From an uncultured Victivallales bacterium (GTDB lineage Bacteria > Verrucomicrobiota > Kiritimatiellia > UBA8416), in contig CAZNWT010000002.1 of assembly GCA_964576795.1 (NCBI GenBank), forward strand, positions 65,033 to 129,032: 64,000 nt of DNA. Direction: 5' to 3'. The position numbers were made by a program, and so were the translations under genes. Under the pieces are notes generated by a model that had not been told where the DNA came from, searched no databases, and worked only from the letters and a program-made list of their open reading frames with translations. Positions within the stretch are counted from its first letter, which is position 1. The number at the start of each line of letters is the position of its first letter. Positions 60,178-64,000 of the stretch are shown here, in pieces.

Positions 60178-62256
60178 TCACCTTGTTCCAGAATACTTGA
60201 TGACTGCTTCCCGTTCACTTGTCAGTGGCACGACAATATCGAATCGGTTCTTTTGTCCGTCAACAACACGAACGGTCATATGGTCATTGTCTTGAGATAT
60301 GATTGATGTGCCAATGTGAGGAACCTGATCTGTTGCCGGAAATAGAAGCCATGCAAAAGTGGTGCTGCCGTCGATCTTAGCTGAGAAAACCGCAGAGGGA
60401 CTTGGTTCGGCTTGGTTGTACTTCTCGCTGTACCAGCCTTGGAGACGGGGTTTGTCCTGTCCTTTCACCACGTTGACGTTCCACGCAATGTCCCCAATGG
60501 GTATAATTCCCAAGTTCCCTTTGTCTGGGTCTGTTGAGAGAACTCGTCCATCACGTACCACAACCGTGCAATGGGGATGCCAGTGCCAAAGAGCCTGTAG
60601 CTTCCGAGGGCGATCGGTCTCAATGCGATCGAGAACGATCCAGAATGCACCCCGTACGTAAAATACAGCCCGTGTGTGCTTCACGTTCCCGTCAATGTTG
60701 CTGAATTGGTCGAATGAACCACGCGCATAGTCAAAGTCCTTTTCAATTCTCCAACTTTCCTTAGCGAGTGGGCTCTCCGCCGACCTTGGCCCTGGCTTCT
60801 GTCCATGGTCATCGACAAGAATTACGTTGTGACCGGCGGAGTGCAACGCGTAGGCGTTTCTGAACCTGTTGGCCAATGCGCCCTGGTAGGCGAACCGCCC
60901 GCTATCCACAAGCAAATCCCGACCGTAGGCTGATACGGATATGTGAAGCTTGTCATTGTGCTGGTGTCCGGAACCCCAGGGACCGATATCAAAGAAAGCC
61001 CACTGCGCCTCAGCGTCGTAGCCGCTGCGCATGATCAGATGTCCTGCCCAGGGAAAGAGGACGGATGGTTTTCCTTTGGGCAACTGTCCCTCTCGTCCGT
61101 TGCTGGCGATGAAGCGCCAGTCGTCCCGGCCGTAGGTGGTGGCTGCGCTTATTACCCGGGTTCGATTGAAATCTCGGTCTGAGTCATTGTTGAGAAGTCC
61201 AAAGCCGTCGGGTCGTATAGTTGCAGCTAGGTAGTTCCACATACGCTGCAAGCATTCCTCAAACTCCTTAGGCAACGGTTTCTTTGCTTCTCGGTAGATT
61301 TTTGCGAACTGCTCAAAATTGGAGAGCGCAACCCTATGATAGTGGGATGTCAGTTCCGTCTGCACCCCATCGGGATAGACCTGGCTCTTCAACTCGCGGC
61401 CCAAGTGTAACTTGGCGTACTCAAGCCAGACCGAAGCGTCTTTGAATTCTGGCCATGCCACAGCGACCATGGCCAAAGCCGACAGCTCCATGGTTGCCCA
61501 ATTACCGCGACCATGAAAGTGGCGCAGGTAGTGTGCGTGTTCGGGCAGACTGCTTAATAGCAGCAAACGCGTGGCGTTACTGAACTTCTCATGCTCCTGA
61601 AGTCCGTAGAAGACCTTGGCCCAAATCTTGACACGAAAGCTGGCTTCCAGCCCGCGCCACATTGCCGAACTGCTTTTCTTCTTGGGATAGGGCAGACTGC
61701 TGATGATCCAATCTCGCAGATCTGTGTCTATCTTTTCAACGTACCTGGGATTGCCGGTACGCTGGTAAGCGGCCAGGAGCTTTCCCAGGTAAAAATGGCG
61801 ATTCAGCGCCCAGGCCCATTCCATGTCATTGGACGGGCCCTTATGGTCCCATTGAAGCCGTCCATCAGCGCGACGGGGTACGAGCGAGGTCTGTTCGTAA
61901 AATGTAAGCCGGTCTTCACACGCAGCGTCAGCCGCCTGGTCTTGCGCTTTTCCGGGAGCGACCGCCTCTTGCCGTAGCCCAGCTCCTGATTTGCTGTTTT
62001 GGTAATACTTCAGAAGTGCTTCACATGCCTCAGATAGTGCGCTCTTATGAAAGGCCTGTTTTACATTCTCAAGACCCGGGGCGTCGAGATTGAGTGCCCC
62101 AAGCAATTCTTGCATCCTCTTGGGATACTTGTTGCAAACGTCGTCTACAGAAGTCATCGTCATCCAATCCTTTCCGTCATTGTCCGCGTGGGCTTTGCCT
62201 CCACCCCATATGCTTAAGAAACAGATTCCGAGGCTCGCAATTATCGTTTTTGTCAT
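60178..62256 (-). CDS. Heparinase II/III-like polysaccharide lyase (secreted)
   Basis: Signal peptide, then an (alpha/alpha) toroid N-terminal half and a beta-sandwich C-terminal half typical of heparinase II/III-family proteins. Confidence 0.55.
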   Translation of the reverse strand: MTKTIIASLGICFLSIWGGGKAHADNDGKDWMTMTSVDDVCNKYPKRMQELLGALNLDAPGLENVKQAFHKSALSEACEALLKYYQNSKSGAGLRQEAVAPGKAQDQAADAACEDRLTFYEQTSLVPRRADGRLQWDHKGPSNDMEWAWALNRHFYLGKLLAAYQRTGNPRYVEKIDTDLRDWIISSLPYPKKKSSSAMWRGLEASFRVKIWAKVFYGLQEHEKFSNATRLLLLSSLPEHAHYLRHFHGRGNWATMELSALAMVAVAWPEFKDASVWLEYAKLHLGRELKSQVYPDGVQTELTSHYHRVALSNFEQFAKIYREAKKPLPKEFEECLQRMWNYLAATIRPDGFGLLNNDSDRDFNRTRVISAATTYGRDDWRFIASNGREGQLPKGKPSVLFPWAGHLIMRSGYDAEAQWAFFDIGPWGSGHQHNDKLHISVSAYGRDLLVDSGRFAYQGALANRFRNAYALHSAGHNVILVDDHGQKPGPRSAESPLAKESWRIEKDFDYARGSFDQFSNIDGNVKHTRAVFYVRGAFWIVLDRIETDRPRKLQALWHWHPHCTVVVRDGRVLSTDPDKGNLGIIPIGDIAWNVNVVKGQDKPRLQGWYSEKYNQAEPSPSAVFSAKIDGSTTFAWLLFPATDQVPHIGTSIISQDNDHMTVRVVDGQKNRFDIVVPLTSEREAVIKYSGTR

Positions 62257-62455
62257 GATTTCTCCGGGACCCAACGTTCACGGATGAGCTTCTCGGGGAG
62301 TCGCGCTCGGCTCGGATTCCTGAGTAACTGCTCCATCCGATTGTTGAACTAAGCCGCTGCGCGGCAATTCTTCTCTGGCATCTTGTTCCCATGGAAGTTC
62401 TGCGTTGGGTCCTGCAGCATGTCTTGCCATCCCGCTTGTCCGCGTCTGCTTGAAC

Positions 62456-63412
62456 TTAGGGTTGGGCCACGTTGTTACGATCATTCAGGTACTGCTCGAA
62501 GAACCCTATCACGCTAGGCACATGAAACTCGTGACCTCCTTTGTGCGCGATGAGTGTCACGTTCTGCTGTTTCTCGAAATCGGCATAAATTGTCCCAATA
62601 TCCTGTATAGCCTCGAGCGCAAGGGAAGGGGGGAACTGTGAAAGATGTTCATCAAGACCATTTTGACAAAGCAAAGCTCTGGGCGCGATCAGTGAGTAAA
62701 TATCTGTGAACTCAACTAGTTCCCTCAATCCTGAGAACTTCCAGCACATGCAGTGATTCTCTTCCATCTGATCCATCTTGGTCAGGAAACCTGAAACGAT
62801 ATTAGCTCGCACCCGCTGGTCCATTGCACCGAGCCACATCACCATCTCCCCTCCAAGAGATATTCCGGCGCTGCCGATACGCCTGGCATCCACCTCTTTT
62901 TGCGCCGCCAGAAAATCGACGCAGCGCATCAGGGACCAGAGACGCTCGCCTACCAAAGTGCGGTCCTTTTCATAGACCTCGTGCTGGCCGACCTCTGTGG
63001 ACGCTGTGACATAGCCCTTTTTCGCAAGAATATGGCCGATGCGGTGATACCCGTTGTCGGCCTCATAAGAGGTATGGCGTGACCCACCATGGCCGGAAAC
63101 CAGAACGATAGCGGGGAAAGGCCCATTGCGATCCGCCGGTACAGTCAGCACTATGTTCATACGTCGGCCCGGAGTGGCGTTGATTTCGATCTCGTGAACT
63201 ACATATCCTTCTTCCTTTTTGGTGGAAAGCGTTTTTGCAAAAAATGGAAATGGCGTGTCTCCCGTGACCAAGTCGGTCATCTTGAGAAGATTGAATAGCC
63301 TTAGCCGTACGTCTCTTTGCCAGATCTTCGCTTCGTCTGGTGATCGGGAAGTGTATGGCATGCTTTCAGTGCTTGTTTTAGAAGTATAAGCGATATTTTC
63401 ATGTTGTGTCAT
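62456..63412 (-). CDS. Alpha/beta hydrolase (acetyl-xylan-esterase/dienelactone-hydrolase-like)
   Basis: 'GISLGG' nucleophile elbow. Confidence 0.55.
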   Translation of the reverse strand: MTQHENIAYTSKTSTESMPYTSRSPDEAKIWQRDVRLRLFNLLKMTDLVTGDTPFPFFAKTLSTKKEEGYVVHEIEINATPGRRMNIVLTVPADRNGPFPAIVLVSGHGGSRHTSYEADNGYHRIGHILAKKGYVTASTEVGQHEVYEKDRTLVGERLWSLMRCVDFLAAQKEVDARRIGSAGISLGGEMVMWLGAMDQRVRANIVSGFLTKMDQMEENHCMCWKFSGLRELVEFTDIYSLIAPRALLCQNGLDEHLSQFPPSLALEAIQDIGTIYADFEKQQNVTLIAHKGGHEFHVPSVIGFFEQYLNDRNNVAQP

Positions 63413-63430
63413 TGGTTGTCTTTACCTTTG

Positions 63431-64000
63431 TTATCTGTTCAACGTTTGAATCTCCATGGGTTTGAACTGTCGATACCATGTGATCGCTTCACCGTTTGAG
63501 TTATTGTCGTCTGTGATGAAACACCAGTTGTTTGGTTCCGAGGTCGGGGTAAGAGCAAATCCTTCAAGGTTGCCCTTGCGAGGCCCTGTATACTCGATGA
63601 TTTGGCGCAGCCGCCTGTCGCTTCCGTCAACATACGAATTGAGTCTAGTCACTTCCAGATAGTTGGCGCCAGTGTTGTGCCATATGTACAGTTTCCCCGT
63701 TGACCGATCAAATTCGAGACTGGCTGTTTCCTTCTGTCCGGTTTTGTACCGGCCCACATATCCGTAGCTGTCATTCGTACGGTTCAAATCAAAGACATGA
63801 ACATAGCCGCCAGACTGATGCCCGACGAACATCAACCCGCTCATGCCGTTGGTGCTGGTGTAAAGAGCGCCGTTCGCGGCCCGGAACCCCTGGCGGCGAA
63901 GCCACTTGTCGGGTACAAACGTGATGCCCTCGGGTCCGGTGCCACCCACTTCCGGGCACTGTGCGCGAATGTCCCAGCACCTGTTCTGTGCCACCACGCC
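63431..64000 (-). CDS. 3' part of a gene whose N-terminus is outside the window. Beta-propeller-like (phytase/esterase-like?)
   Basis: ORF runs to the window edge. Confidence 0.25.
   Translation of the reverse strand, partial: GVVAQNRCWDIRAQCPEVGGTGPEGITFVPDKWLRRQGFRAANGALYTSTNGMSGLMFVGHQSGGYVHVFDLNRTNDSYGYVGRYKTGQKETASLEFDRSTGKLYIWHNTGANYLEVTRLNSYVDGSDRRLRQIIEYTGPRKGNLEGFALTPTSEPNNWCFITDDNNSNGEAITWYRQFKPMEIQTLNR

Overview
The window breaks into a chromosomal backbone and three accessory blocks. The backbone carries two sensor histidine kinases, a TctA permease, CNNM/CorC transporters, an nqrBCDEF operon, housekeeping genes and a sulfatase/glycoside-hydrolase/heparinase cluster.

Block 1 (1-11.1 kb) is a tight plus-strand array with overlapping stop/start codons. 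It holds the C-terminal end of a large upstream protein, a ~1200-aa PglX/MmeI-family N6-adenine methyltransferase (NPPW motif), an ABC/AAA-type ATPase, a small DUF4276-like protein, a LexA-like S24 repressor sitting behind a palindrome-rich promoter, a second ~1060-aa PglX/type-IIG-like methyltransferase that lacks an obvious nuclease domain, a 211-aa PD-(D/E)xK nuclease, and a DprA/Smf(SLOG)-like protein. The LexA–methyltransferase–nuclease–DprA set is my best candidate for an undescribed SOS-linked restriction/defence module.

Block 2 (24.4-29.3 kb) has an AbiEi/AbiEii pair, a DUF4143 AAA ATPase, and a HUH Y1 transposase (RAYT) fused to a DnaA domain-IV HTH. This block is saturated with two families of long palindromic REP/MITE-like repeats, and one copy sits in-frame inside the transposase gene.

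Block 3 (34-47.1 kb) lies between nqrB and a NUDIX gene. It carries a Bro-N/DinD-like protein, a stand-alone SNF2 helicase, a HigB toxin with an HTH-ImmA/IrrE peptidase antitoxin, a second RAYT flanked by classic GTAG-type REP doublets, and a type III restriction-modification system in which an AlbA_2/Schlafen + HATPase_c_4 protein containing in-frame 12-nt tandem repeats is wedged between mod and res. REPs punctuate every intergenic gap in this block and one pair has invaded a gene 3' end.

Other points: a G9 homopolymer frameshift splits the first histidine kinase; a RelE/ParE toxin-antitoxin pair sits next to a frameshifted FAD-dependent oxidoreductase inside the glycan-degradation cluster; nqrA is not adjacent to nqrBCDEF. 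I found no CRISPR arrays or rRNA genes and did not identify any tRNA genes. All calls rest on motif reading of the supplied translations; no database searches were run.
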